Translations under genes and position numbers: made by a program
Shown here: piece after piece, positions 38,936 to 49,232 of the stretch
How positions within the stretch are numbered: the first letter of the stretch is position 1
Layout: every line of letters starts with the position of its first letter
Origin: an uncultured Rivularia sp.
GTDB taxonomy: Bacteria; Cyanobacteriota; Cyanobacteriia; Cyanobacteriales; Nostocaceae
Assembly: GCA_963665115.1 (NCBI GenBank)
Contig: OY762007.1
Coordinates: 4,320,001-4,384,000 of the forward strand
DNA: 64,000 nucleotides
Direction of reading: 5' to 3'
Notes under the pieces: generated by a model
Databases searched by the model: none
What the model was told of the DNA's origin: nothing
What the model saw: the letters and a program-made list of their open reading frames with translations, nothing else

Positions 38936-39854
38936 TAAAGATAATTTTGATGAAGTATGGGTGCCAAATCCTCATGGACAATTACAAGATAGTGCTGCGA
39001 CGCATGGGTTAATCAATGGTATTAAATCCGGAAACTTAGATTCGTTGTTAACTAACCCTTGGCTAATGTCGATTTTCGTTGCAACAGTAATTTTGGTTGT
39101 GATTGCTGCAATTGCAACAATACTCTCCGGTCAACGTTCTACAGAAATTAACCCATCCCAAGAAGCATACTCCGAACTTTTGCAAAAATCCCAGAAACTG
39201 AATGCAACCGATAGCAACTTCCGAGAATATTTGACTCGTAATGATTACAGTTCTGGCTTAGTCAGTAACCCTGGTTTATTACAAGCAGTAGTTTTGGAAG
39301 CGAGTGCAAGATATAGCAACTCCGTTATTGCCAACCAAAACAATCCCCAAAATCCAGCTTATAACCAACACGAGGAAGTAATTAATCACGGTTCTGAAAT
39401 TGAAGCATTGAAACGCATCAATCTCGGAGCATCTGGGAAAAAAGCGGAACTTAGATATGTTGACCCTAGTACAGGCTCTTGGGTCACTATTCCAATAGAT
39501 TCTGCCGAGTTAGCTGCAAGTGGTTTGGTCAAATTAAATATTATCTCTAATAGCAGAAGGGAGACAACACAGCGATTTAATTTGGTGACAATTGCTCAAA
39601 ATACGCGACTTCGCTTATCAGAGGTAAAAGCCGCTATGTTGGAAGCCTTGCGTGTCAAAGGGTTAAGTCCGGTTGCATCGGAACTTGAGAAGACTGATTG
39701 GTTCGGGAATAAAGCCAGCCCATCCGATGCCCAGATATCTGATTATCAGCCCTACCAAGCAGAACCGACTCCCGCAACTCCATTAAATAAACAAGAATCA
39801 TCTGATGAAAATAAACCCTCACCAAAACCAATAGGGGGCAAAAATGCCCAGTAA
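38889..39854 (+). CDS. Single-TM hypothetical protein
   Basis: One TM; coupled to the ATPase gene. Confidence 0.7.
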   Translation: MLSSHQQQNHQNNQLSKDNFDEVWVPNPHGQLQDSAATHGLINGIKSGNLDSLLTNPWLMSIFVATVILVVIAAIATILSGQRSTEINPSQEAYSELLQKSQKLNATDSNFREYLTRNDYSSGLVSNPGLLQAVVLEASARYSNSVIANQNNPQNPAYNQHEEVINHGSEIEALKRINLGASGKKAELRYVDPSTGSWVTIPIDSAELAASGLVKLNIISNSRRETTQRFNLVTIAQNTRLRLSEVKAAMLEALRVKGLSPVASELEKTDWFGNKASPSDAQISDYQPYQAEPTPATPLNKQESSDENKPSPKPIGGKNAQ

Positions 39855-41229
39855 ACTAATATTCGCACCCATAACTCTGCTAATAGGAGGTTGGATGTTT
39901 ACCAGTAGTTTTGGCACTAACACAATTCAACAATCAGCAACACCATATTCCACCCAGCAGCAAGTTGTAGAAGTGGAAATGCCTGAACCAGCAAAATCTT
40001 TTCTTCGATTTGGTGGTAGTGCGATCGCAGTATTGGGGACATCAAGTTTAGTGTTTTGGGAATTAGCGAGTAAAAAACATCGCTCCTCAAAACCTCAACT
40101 TTTATTAGCTGCGGGTCAAAACTTTGTCCCAAACACAGTTCAATTGGTCAATCATCCTCAAGGAATTTCATCGGTGCAAAATCATCAAGAGCCACCAGCA
40201 AGTACTAAAATTCCTAAGCAGATTCAAAAACCAAGTGTCTCTCCTGAAGTTGAAGAGTTTCCACCACAAGAAGTTGCAAATTTCTACTTTCCAGGTGGAT
40301 TACCCGACTCGCTATCAAATGATTACGATACACTAAGCAACTTGAAACCACAAAGCAGTTCTGAGGATAAATATGCCGAAGTTAAATCATTAGTTTACGA
40401 AAACACGGTAGGTATCGTTGGCAAGGAAAAAGGCAGCGGTAAAACCTCAAAATTAGGTTATTTAATTGCCGAACATATTAAGCTTGGTCATTTGGTTTGG
40501 ATGATAAACCCCTTCGCCAAAGGTCAGCAGTGGAAAGGTATTAAGGTTTTTGGACGCGGTTATAAATTTGTTGAAGCAACTAATGCCATACGCGAATTTA
40601 CTCGTATTGCATTTTGGAGAATCGCAGAAGCTGGCGATGAAACCAAAGAGTACGAGCCATTTGAAGATTATCACCTGCATCTATCACTCGATGAAATGTC
40701 CAACTACTCCAGCGAAATCGATGCGATTGATTCTACTGTGATGCCTAAATTTTGGGAAGCGGTAGTGCAATTTTTACGACAAGCAAATATGTCTGTTTCT
40801 TTTGCAAGTCATGGTGATACTCAAGCTATGTTAGGTGGAGCTAAGGCTCTAACTGGTAAATCGCAAACTATCAAAGATGCCATAGTTTGGCTTTATGCTC
40901 AAGCTATTACCGATACTAACGTAGAAGGTAATAAACGTTGTGCGGGTTGGGCTTATTTAATTCGTCCAGATGGAGGTGAAAGAGAGAAGACGAGAATTGA
41001 AATTCCTTCTTGGATGCAAGGACCACCTGCAACTCGAATTGATGGAAAGGATAAGTATAACTACATTCAACTTGTTCAAAAATACTGCCCCCAGTATCTG
41101 TATCTTCCAGAGAAGGCCAAAAAACCACCACCAGAAGAAACTTCATCTATACCCATAGATACCGAACAGTTTCGTCAAAAACTAATGGAGCAAGAAGATA
41201 TATGGGGTTCCGATGGAGATAAAACATGA
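39844..41229 (+). CDS. Membrane-anchored P-loop ATPase (FtsK/HerA/VirD4-like)
   Basis: Two N-terminal hydrophobic segments; Walker A GKEKGSGKT; Walker B LHLSLDE. Confidence 0.7.
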   Translation: MPSKLIFAPITLLIGGWMFTSSFGTNTIQQSATPYSTQQQVVEVEMPEPAKSFLRFGGSAIAVLGTSSLVFWELASKKHRSSKPQLLLAAGQNFVPNTVQLVNHPQGISSVQNHQEPPASTKIPKQIQKPSVSPEVEEFPPQEVANFYFPGGLPDSLSNDYDTLSNLKPQSSSEDKYAEVKSLVYENTVGIVGKEKGSGKTSKLGYLIAEHIKLGHLVWMINPFAKGQQWKGIKVFGRGYKFVEATNAIREFTRIAFWRIAEAGDETKEYEPFEDYHLHLSLDEMSNYSSEIDAIDSTVMPKFWEAVVQFLRQANMSVSFASHGDTQAMLGGAKALTGKSQTIKDAIVWLYAQAITDTNVEGNKRCAGWAYLIRPDGGEREKTRIEIPSWMQGPPATRIDGKDKYNYIQLVQKYCPQYLYLPEKAKKPPPEETSSIPIDTEQFRQKLMEQEDIWGSDGDKT

Positions 41230-41291
41230 ACCGTTAACGAGAAAGAGAATAATACAATTCCAATACTTTAATTCATTAATTAGGAGTAACA

Positions 41292-41951
41292 ATGACTAGA
41301 AAACAAGTGTACCGAAGAGATTTACCACAATTGGCTTCAAGCCATCAATTAGATACCAACGTGGTAGATACACGTTATGAAGAATTTGATGACGACCAAT
41401 ATTCTCGTAACAATCAGTGGCATAATCGTGCCTATAATGCCGGACGCTACGCTAAGGGTGCTTACAATTGGGGTCAAAAATGCAGCCGTGGCGTAACCCC
41501 AGCAATGGAAAATGGAGCGGGCGCTGCGATTGGAACTCTAGGCACTGTTGCTAATCATACAAATCCTTTCAAACCCTGGCGTTCATTTGCCTTTTGGAGC
41601 ATGAGTATCGGTACTTTAGTTGTTGGCTCCTGGGTGGCACAATTCTTTTTAGGTGGACTAATTGCAACTCGCAATCCTCGCCAATTACCTCAGAATACTT
41701 CCACTCCAGTCCGTTTTGGTCACGGCGTTATTAATGCTGGTAAGCCTGTCGCTAACGGTGTTTGGAATGGATTTGGTCAAGTTGCAACGGGAGCAGGAGA
41801 TAGTTTGGATAGAGCTGTACGTTTCCAAACTGTTGAATCGAATAATTGGCAACAATCACCTGCCAGTGTGCAGCAGCCAAAACAGACAACTACCTTACCT
41901 TTGACTACTTGGACGGGTGATGGTCAATATCAACCTGTAAGGAGAAAGTAG
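41292..41951 (+). CDS. Hypothetical TM protein
   Basis: AGGAG RBS; one TM; Gly-rich. Confidence 0.7.
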   Translation: MTRKQVYRRDLPQLASSHQLDTNVVDTRYEEFDDDQYSRNNQWHNRAYNAGRYAKGAYNWGQKCSRGVTPAMENGAGAAIGTLGTVANHTNPFKPWRSFAFWSMSIGTLVVGSWVAQFFLGGLIATRNPRQLPQNTSTPVRFGHGVINAGKPVANGVWNGFGQVATGAGDSLDRAVRFQTVESNNWQQSPASVQQPKQTTTLPLTTWTGDGQYQPVRRK

Positions 41952-42001
41952 AAGGGAGTGAGAGAGGGAGAGAAAAATAAAGTACTAAAGGTAAATTAGA
42001 A

Positions 42002-42370
42002 ATGTTCAAAAAATCCGATAAATTCCCTCACTCCCTCCCTCCTTCGCTCCCTCACTCCTGCTGGGTGAGGATTCCTACGTCGAGTTTTTTAATTACAAGT
42101 TCCGTGTTTATTGTATTAATTCTGGATATGGCAAGTCCTGGCTATGCTTCGTTTGCTTTAATCCCAAATATGCAACCATTAATTGCAACGCTGACTAACA
42201 ATATTCGTTCGGCAAATGAAAAGTTGACGCATTCACAATCCTTACCCAGTTCTACTCAAGAAATTCAACAACCTTTAGGACATGAAAATTGTCGAACATT
42301 ATTAGATGCTTACAACAAGAATGCTAAATGTCATTTCAACCTGAAGAATTACTCAAACATCTCCCAATAG
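42002..42370 (+). CDS. Hypothetical membrane/exported protein
   Basis: Hydrophobic segment; start uncertain. Confidence 0.5.
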   Translation: MFKKSDKFPHSLPPSLPHSCWVRIPTSSFLITSSVFIVLILDMASPGYASFALIPNMQPLIATLTNNIRSANEKLTHSQSLPSSTQEIQQPLGHENCRTLLDAYNKNAKCHFNLKNYSNISQ

Positions 42371-43192
42371 AAATTCAGTATCAAGAAATAAAGGCATCTG
42401 AGGAAGCATATCGTAAATTTAGATTATCTCAAGCAAGAGGCCGTATTTGTTGTTTTGGATTATCTTTGGTTATGGCGATCGCCATTCTACATCCTTCAAT
42501 AAATCAATGGTTTGAGACTAAACTTCAATTAAACCGTATTGCTGTAATTAGTTTTTCAAAAAGCCTCAATAAACCAAAACAAGCTGATAAAATTGCTGTT
42601 GCACTTGTAAACTACGCACGCAGACAAAAGTGGGAAGTACGAACAGGGGAGCGTCATTACAACATTTTTTATGTTCAAGGTATGTTTCCATCAGGCATCA
42701 AAAATGATAACAAACCGAACCAGTTCAATGATTCCCGGTTTTTAGTAGAAGTAAATCCCACTCCCAGACTGATTAGTGCTTGGGAAGCGTCTATTGAACC
42801 GGGTAATTATTATACTAAGCAGCCTATGAATGCTTTGGGCGCTGCACAGATAAAAGTTCCCGGACAGTATAAAGCTTGGCGGATTGGAAAACACAAAGGG
42901 TCGTGAGATTGCATTAGTTCAAGTTGCACCAGTAAACATAATCCGGGACTTCAACCGTAATAGCAAAATTGATAAATATGATAAGAAGGAATATTCAATA
43001 ATTGGAGCGAATCAACATAGTGGAAACGACCAAAAGTTTGTTGATAATGCAAGCGCTGGATGTCCGGTAGGACGAACATCTAAAGGACATCAAGAATTTA
43101 TGAGTTATTTATACAAAGACGTGGGTTATCAAGCAAATAATAATTTCATATTTTCAACTACATTTATTTCAGCAAAAGAATTGAAATTTTAA
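42328..43192 (+). CDS. TM-anchored cell-wall enzyme, L,D-transpeptidase-like (+1 frameshift at 42898-42900)
   Basis: NQFND...EPG.YY...GQY.AW.IG.H continuing into RDFN...ANQH...SAGCPVGR. Confidence 0.6.
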
Positions 43193-43197
43193 CTTTT

Positions 43198-43626
43198 ATG
43201 CCCAGCAGGAAATTGAGAATGAAAACAAAAAAATATCTGTCTCCAAGCGATTATTATTCGTACATTAAATCTGATGCTTGGAGAAGTAAGCACTATCACT
43301 GGCTAAAACAATCTAGCAATAGATGTTCGATGTTTCCTTGGATAAGAATAGGCAAATATGCTACTAGAAAATATGGTAAATACAACATACATCATACAGG
43401 GGTTGGCTATCGACATTTGGGACATGAGGAATTAGGTAAAGATGTACTTCCGCTTTGCCCGTTTGCTCATTGGTTAATTCATGGTGGACATATGAAAGCT
43501 AAAGCTCCTTGGCAACCTAATGCTATTCAAAAAACTTTGCATTTATGGTGCAGTTTACCACTAATTATGAAACAACTATTTTTGTTGTTTAGTGGTTTAT
43601 TAATAATATTTTATTTAAGAGCATGA
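43198..43626 (+). CDS. HNH-like nuclease with C-terminal TM
   Basis: YIKSDAW...C...IHH...Y.HLGHE...LCPFAHWLIH. Confidence 0.6.
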   Translation: MPSRKLRMKTKKYLSPSDYYSYIKSDAWRSKHYHWLKQSSNRCSMFPWIRIGKYATRKYGKYNIHHTGVGYRHLGHEELGKDVLPLCPFAHWLIHGGHMKAKAPWQPNAIQKTLHLWCSLPLIMKQLFLLFSGLLIIFYLRA

Positions 43627-43664
43627 ATAGAATTATTTAGTGGTGTTTTATTTCTATGTAGATA

Positions 43665-44462
43665 ATGAGAGATTCAATAAAGTTAGGATACAAATGGGAT
43701 TTACTCAATATACTATTACTATTTTTGATTACAAGTTTTGCATTAAGTAAACCCGCAATTAAATTTATTTCAAATGGGGTAAAAAGTATCTCTCCAACTC
43801 CTACTTCATATTCTGGAAGGTTAAACGATTTATTTGCTAACAACTCTTCTATAGGTGTATTAGCAATCTGTGCATCTGAAGGAAATTGTCAGCTTGATGG
43901 TAGCAGAACAAAGCTTTATTCAGGTCATGTTGACCCTGGTAATGGGGTTCTAAATAGAGGCTGGTGTAGCGACCAAGGTAGGGGAGGTAATAATTTAGAT
44001 AATGCTGATGCAGTATGTTTAAAGAGAACTATAAGCCGTATTCCTAGATTAGCTAACAAACTCAAAAATGTTGGCATAAATCCCGAAAAAAATATTGAAG
44101 CATTTATTAATAATTTAGACCAATGGAATCAAGCATCTCCTCGTGTCTCAGATGCTTTTGCAAAAAAATATGCTGATGCTTTGAAGAAAGGATTAACGGG
44201 TAAAGAAGCTATTTTATGGGCGAGGGTTGAGGCTTTTCGTAAAAGTAATGGAGAACTTGAAGCAGGTAATTCACGAGTAGGTCTATTTTCAATTTGTGCT
44301 AATCCTCAAAATACTTACTACATTACAAGGTTACGACAATATTCAATGTGGTCGGAACGATGGAGATGGAATTGTATTGCTTTAGATCAACAGCGAAGAC
44401 AAGAAGCTATTAATCAAGTTTTAATGAGAAACGAGAATAATTTCAACAATCAAAATAACTAA
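43665..44462 (+). CDS. Exported hypothetical protein (possible muramidase-like)
   Basis: N-terminal TM; ICASEGN...YSGHVDPGNG..NRGWCS. Confidence 0.55.
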   Translation: MRDSIKLGYKWDLLNILLLFLITSFALSKPAIKFISNGVKSISPTPTSYSGRLNDLFANNSSIGVLAICASEGNCQLDGSRTKLYSGHVDPGNGVLNRGWCSDQGRGGNNLDNADAVCLKRTISRIPRLANKLKNVGINPEKNIEAFINNLDQWNQASPRVSDAFAKKYADALKKGLTGKEAILWARVEAFRKSNGELEAGNSRVGLFSICANPQNTYYITRLRQYSMWSERWRWNCIALDQQRRQEAINQVLMRNENNFNNQNN

Positions 44463-44700
44463 TAATATTAATATAATTATGAAGCAATTATATTCCTGCT
44501 ATCAAGTCGAAGAAGTTTGAAAACATCACTGGTAATGCGTTAGCGAAGCTCACGCCCCGGCATCGCCCTCATTGAAGAACACTACATTCTATCGAAATGG
44601 TTACTCATAGCATCGGATTACGGTGTACCTCAAAAACGCTAAAGGGCGATTTGGTTTGGTTCTAAATTGGCTCCAGTTAATGCACTATCTCCAAGCGATA

Positions 44701-45832
44701 AGTGCCTAAGCAAAATTAATTGTATATTCTGAACCAAAATTTATAAGAATATTTTCGACAGCTTCAACTAAAGTAGAATAACTATCATAGGCATTCACTT
44801 CCAGCCATTTGTATTTAATAAATCGCCATAATATTTCTATAATATTCAAATGAGGGGAATAAGTAGGTAAAAAGAAAATATACAACCCTTTTTTTGACCA
44901 TTCTTCTTCTTTATCCCACAAAAAATTGTTTTGATGTATCGATGAATTATCCATGACTAAAACTGTTTTTTTTGTAATCTTTTTACAAAAATCATCGATA
45001 CAAGCTATAACAACATCACTATTGATACTACAATCAAAAGCATATGCTTCTAATTCGTTATTTCTAGTTAAAAATCCTAAAACGTTTAATCTTTTACTTT
45101 GTTGACTTTTTTCTGTTGTTTTTTGTTTACTTTCTTGCCAAGCATAAGGGATGTATGGAATTAAACAAAAGCCACTTTCATCTACATATCTAATTTCTAT
45201 TTCTCCAATAGATTCTTGTTCTTTTAATTTTTGTAATTCCTGGTATTTTTTATCGTAAAATGCAGGAATGGGAACACCTCCAACTATTCTCTTAATTCTA
45301 TACCAACCCATAGAGGCGATTTTTAACACTCTCTTAATTGTATCTTTGCTTGCTAAAATCCCCCATTCTTTTTCTATTCTATCTTGAACCTTTTCTAAAT
45401 TTTTTGGCGTTTCTTTTACCCATTCTTTAATCACTTTTTGTTGATTAATATTAAAGATTGTTTTACGACCACGACCTGGATTATTATATAATCCTGCCAA
45501 ACTCTCCAAATCCCAATTATTAAACCAGTTATAAATTGTGTTACGACTAACTTTAAATAATTTCATTAATTCTGATATTTTATATCCTTGAAAACTTAAT
45601 TTTATACAATGCGCCCTTTGTCTTACTTGGTAATATTTACTTTGATGATAGATTCTATCTAAAATTTTTAATGTTTCCTTACTTAATCCTTTTATATATC
45701 TCATCTGTTAAAAAATCTATATTACTCTCTCATACTATTTTTTCACAAAGTAGGAGATAACAAGATTTTTTATACCTCGAAGTAATAATTTTAATATTTT
45801 TTTAAATATACAATTAATTTTGCACTAGTACT
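44701..45832 (-). mobile_element. IS630-family insertion sequence
   Basis: 28-bp terminal inverted repeats (23/28 match); TA duplication at 44699-44700 and 45833-45834. Confidence 0.92.
44706..45704 (-). CDS. IS630 transposase
   Basis: YVDESGF, VMDNSSIH, LPTYSPHLNIIE. Confidence 0.95.
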   Translation of the reverse strand: MRYIKGLSKETLKILDRIYHQSKYYQVRQRAHCIKLSFQGYKISELMKLFKVSRNTIYNWFNNWDLESLAGLYNNPGRGRKTIFNINQQKVIKEWVKETPKNLEKVQDRIEKEWGILASKDTIKRVLKIASMGWYRIKRIVGGVPIPAFYDKKYQELQKLKEQESIGEIEIRYVDESGFCLIPYIPYAWQESKQKTTEKSQQSKRLNVLGFLTRNNELEAYAFDCSINSDVVIACIDDFCKKITKKTVLVMDNSSIHQNNFLWDKEEEWSKKGLYIFFLPTYSPHLNIIEILWRFIKYKWLEVNAYDSYSTLVEAVENILINFGSEYTINFA

Positions 45833-46541
45833 TAGAAGGTCCAGTGTGGGAGATGCAATTTCTGACCTTAAAGATATCCCTATTAATTTTTACATTGAAT
45901 ACTTGGGAATGCAGTGAAAAAGGAAAATATGCTTGCTATCTAGAGAATATATTTGCTTTGAAATCAAGAATAAGAACAAACGTTTGTAGTGATTGTAGGG
46001 CAGCCATCAGTCCCGTTCCTAAAATCAAATCAATCCCCGCTTTTTGGCAGATGATTCAAATACCAAAGTAAGTAATCAGAACCAGGTGCTAGGGGAAAAT
46101 ATATCACTGCCGATTTCCCTTAGCACCCAATTAGAAGGTGAGAGCCAAAACCATGAAGACACTTCATTATTATCAACTGATTCAAATACCCAAGTAAGTA
46201 ATGACGATCAAGTGCTAGGGGAAAACATATTACATTTAAATTCCCCGCTTCTCCCATCGTAAACGTGGTGAGGGCAGTGGTAATATTTTCTTGAGTTACG
46301 CCCATGCTAATAGCAATAACAAGAAACCAGTCAAACAGCTTTACTTCGAGTGGGAATATGGGGGTAAAAGAGGAAAGACTTATGTGCGTTTAGCTGAGTC
46401 CCAAGGGGACACGCTGCGCGAACGCTAATTGCCTGCATGTCTAACGCACTTAACCTAGTATTTTCGAGACACCAAAGTTATCTGTATTAGACATCTCCGA
46501 AAACAGCCAAAGTCTTACTATAACTACTTTTTAAATTACGA

Positions 46542-47468
46542 TTACCTATATGTTGCATCTTGTATTAGATAAGTTTGAAAGTTGTTAGTATTTGCAATTT
46601 CCTTAAAATACCACATCGTACATAAAACTTGAGTCTTAAACACGGTTCCTGGTTTGAGGTCGTAAAAAGGAAATTCTGGTTCGGTGCATCCCAAACAAGG
46701 TACTCCGGCGCGTGTTTTTGATGAGACGCGATTCCATAAGATGCGATTGCAGGAAGAATGAGTCATTGGCCCGCGACATCCGATGTCGTAAAATAAGCAT
46801 CCTTTACGTTGAGCAAATTCTGTGGTGGATGCTTTATAAGCAAAGTGGATATTGCGAGTACAACCAGTTTGCGTAAACGTGTTGAAGAAAGTTTGGGGAC
46901 GATGCAAGTCATCGAGGACAATATCGCCGATTCTGCCAGTTGCGATCGCCACCAATATTTGAGTTATCCAGTCCGGGTGGGCTGGGCAGCCGGGAATATT
47001 AATTACGGGTAAACCAGATTTCGACCGAAAGTCTTTACCTAAAAATCCGCCTTCTTCTCGCTTGAGATATTGCAATCCGGTTGAATCGGTGGGGTTTGGT
47101 GCCATCGCGGGAATTCCTCCCCAGCAAGCACAGTCTCCCACCGCTACGACAAAATTGGCAACGTGAGCCAAATCGCTTAACCAATCTTTCATCGGGCGAT
47201 CGGCAAATCTATTCCATTCGCCGGTACCGTTGGGAGCATTAATTACAGAGCCTTCAAATACGAGAATATCGAGGGGCTTTTTACCCAAAAGACATTCCCA
47301 TAGCATCGTCTGTAAATCAATACCCAACTCCATTCCTAGAGATGGATGCCATAGGACGTTAACGCCAAAGTCAGTTACTAAATCAACTGCTGTGGGTTCT
47401 TCGGCGTTTAGGAATGACATGGTGTTGCCACTACAGGCACCACCTTGTAACCATAGTAAATTAGCCAT
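46542..47468 (-). CDS. hupS: Uptake hydrogenase small subunit, 5' part (native sequence ends at about 46629)
   Basis: WLQGGACSGN, GDCACWGG, PGCPAHP, GCRGP, PCLGCTEP; native C-terminus replaced after FKTQ. Confidence 0.93.
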   Translation of the reverse strand: MANLLWLQGGACSGNTMSFLNAEEPTAVDLVTDFGVNVLWHPSLGMELGIDLQTMLWECLLGKKPLDILVFEGSVINAPNGTGEWNRFADRPMKDWLSDLAHVANFVVAVGDCACWGGIPAMAPNPTDSTGLQYLKREEGGFLGKDFRSKSGLPVINIPGCPAHPDWITQILVAIATGRIGDIVLDDLHRPQTFFNTFTQTGCTRNIHFAYKASTTEFAQRKGCLFYDIGCRGPMTHSSCNRILWNRVSSKTRAGVPCLGCTEPEFPFYDLKPGTVFKTQVLCTMWYFKEIANTNNFQTYLIQDATYR

Positions 47469-47589
47469 CTATTAGTTATCAAATATCATTAATTGAGAAT
47501 TAGCACTAAGGGTTTAACCTTTGATTTCTAATCCTTTACCTTTATTACACACTCTAATAATCTTAATATCAATTAGTTTTTTATTTAGT

Positions 47590-47777
47590 TGTTCGTCTGT
47601 TTACATAACTTTTTGTTACTTACTGCAAAATTGTTTTATTAAGACCGATAAAACGGTTGTTTTAAATACAAAATAATTTAAATTATCTAGTAAATAATAT
47701 ATAAGTAATTTTATATTTTTCTTTGTTACTTATTGATTCAAACCAGAATATAATTTAATGTCTGTACAAGTTATTAC
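47590..47777. promoter_or_regulatory. Candidate NtcA sites in the hupS/hyp intergenic region
   Basis: TGT-N10-ACA at 47590-47605; GTA-N8-TAC at 47764-47777; AT-rich context makes chance matches possible. Confidence 0.4.
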
Positions 47778-48146
47778 TTGTAAACTACTTATAACATAGA
47801 CAATATTATACAGCAAAAATTATTTTCTAAAGACAAATAGATTGTGGCTTGATGTTATTAAATTAACTCTTTGTATTCTATTAATTGTAGATAAATATTA
47901 CAAATAAACTATTTTAAAAAATAAATAAATGAAATAATTTTTGTTTGTATTGCTTTCTTGGAAATATAATATAATCAATAGGGTAGTAAATGTTGAATAT
48001 TCAAAAAAAAGTTGACAGGCTATAAACCATTAAAATTGCAGTTGAAGGGTTTATCTACCATCCAAACTTATAGATAATACTGCTTAATGGTTCTTGTATT
48101 AAAAATAGGAAATAAGCATCTATTTGCAGTCTATTCCAGGATATAG

Positions 48147-49112
48147 ATGGTAATGAACAATAGCATCACGGATTCTGCTGTGAAAGCGGCGATGGAAGCA
48201 ATTGCTGACTCTTCAGCCACAGCACAAGAAAAAATAGAGATGCTGATTGAGGTTGCACAAGGTTTTCTTAAAAAGCCTAAAACTGCTCAAGATTTATACA
48301 ATGCTATTTTTCTGTACGACAAGGCACAAGAGTTGTATGGTGAAGATTTTCCACTCTACCAAGCCCGTGCTAAAGTCGGTAAGGGTGGAGCATTACAAGC
48401 GATTCCTGAAGAAAACGTAGAGTTGCTTTTACAAGCGAAAAGCCTATACGAACAAGCCCTACCGATACTTCAAGAATTAGCCTCACCCGAAGAGATAGCG
48501 GAAGCACAGATGAATTTGGGTTTGGTGCTGCAATCATTAGCATCGTCTAATATGGTGCGGATGACTGACTGCATTCAAACTTACCAAGAAGCTTTACAGG
48601 TGTTTGATTGGGACAAATACCCGCAGGAATACGCAATATTGCACAATAATATTTCTATTGCTTATCTGTCAATGTCTGCGGGTTCGCAAGAACAGTATTT
48701 ATTTGAAGGTTTAGCGGTACAGTCATTTGAAGTAGCTTTAAAGCGAATTAACCTCATCGAACATCCGAGGGAATATGCAATGTTGCAAAACAACTTAGGA
48801 AACGCATTGCAATATTTACCTTCTTCTCATCCCTTTGAAAACAATTCGCGGGCTGTTATAGCTTATGACGAAGCGTTGAAAGTACGTAACCCCAGAGATA
48901 CACCTATCGAATACGCTAATACTATCGCTAATAAAGCTAACGCTTTAATTAACCTACCAGATAAACTCCGCAGACCGGAAGCTGGAAATCAGCAAAATCT
49001 CTTAAAAGCCCATGATTACTATCAACAAGCTTTAGATATATTTACTCAACACGGACAGATTGGACAAGCACAAGCTGTATCTCAGGTATTAGAAGAATTG
49101 GAAATAGGTTAA
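48147..49112 (+). CDS. TPR protein of the extended hyp cluster
   Basis: AEAQMNLG, YAILHNN, YAMLQNNLGNA repeats. Confidence 0.85.
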   Translation: MVMNNSITDSAVKAAMEAIADSSATAQEKIEMLIEVAQGFLKKPKTAQDLYNAIFLYDKAQELYGEDFPLYQARAKVGKGGALQAIPEENVELLLQAKSLYEQALPILQELASPEEIAEAQMNLGLVLQSLASSNMVRMTDCIQTYQEALQVFDWDKYPQEYAILHNNISIAYLSMSAGSQEQYLFEGLAVQSFEVALKRINLIEHPREYAMLQNNLGNALQYLPSSHPFENNSRAVIAYDEALKVRNPRDTPIEYANTIANKANALINLPDKLRRPEAGNQQNLLKAHDYYQQALDIFTQHGQIGQAQAVSQVLEELEIG

Positions 49113-49232
49113 AGGTCAAAGGTTAGAGATTAAAGGTATTTTTTCTTACTATTCACAGTGATTGGTAATTGAAAAGTAATTAAATTGTATTAGTGTTTTC
49201 TAAAAAATCAAAAATCTAAAATCTAAAATAGA

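Larger units (their letters stand above)
44580..45917 (+). pseudogene. C5 DNA methyltransferase fragment interrupted by IS630
   Basis: ASDYGVPQKR*RAIWFG (motif VIII); removing the IS restores in-frame PSDRRSSVGDAISDL. Confidence 0.75.
1..46628. mobile_element. Large element interrupting hupS (left end outside the window)
   Basis: hupS homology ends at 46629; no hupS tail or hupL to the left; cargo is mobile-type. Confidence 0.65.

Noticed and set aside
33212..44462. Complete prophage
   Set aside because: No terminase, portal, capsid or tail genes are recognisable
46485..46505. IS/MITE end-like TATTAGACATCTCCGAAA
   Set aside because: No partner inverted end or transposase found nearby
46542..46628. 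hupS C-terminus altered by a simple frameshift
   Set aside because: No frame gives the native tail and hupL is missing; the MWYFKEI resemblance is weak
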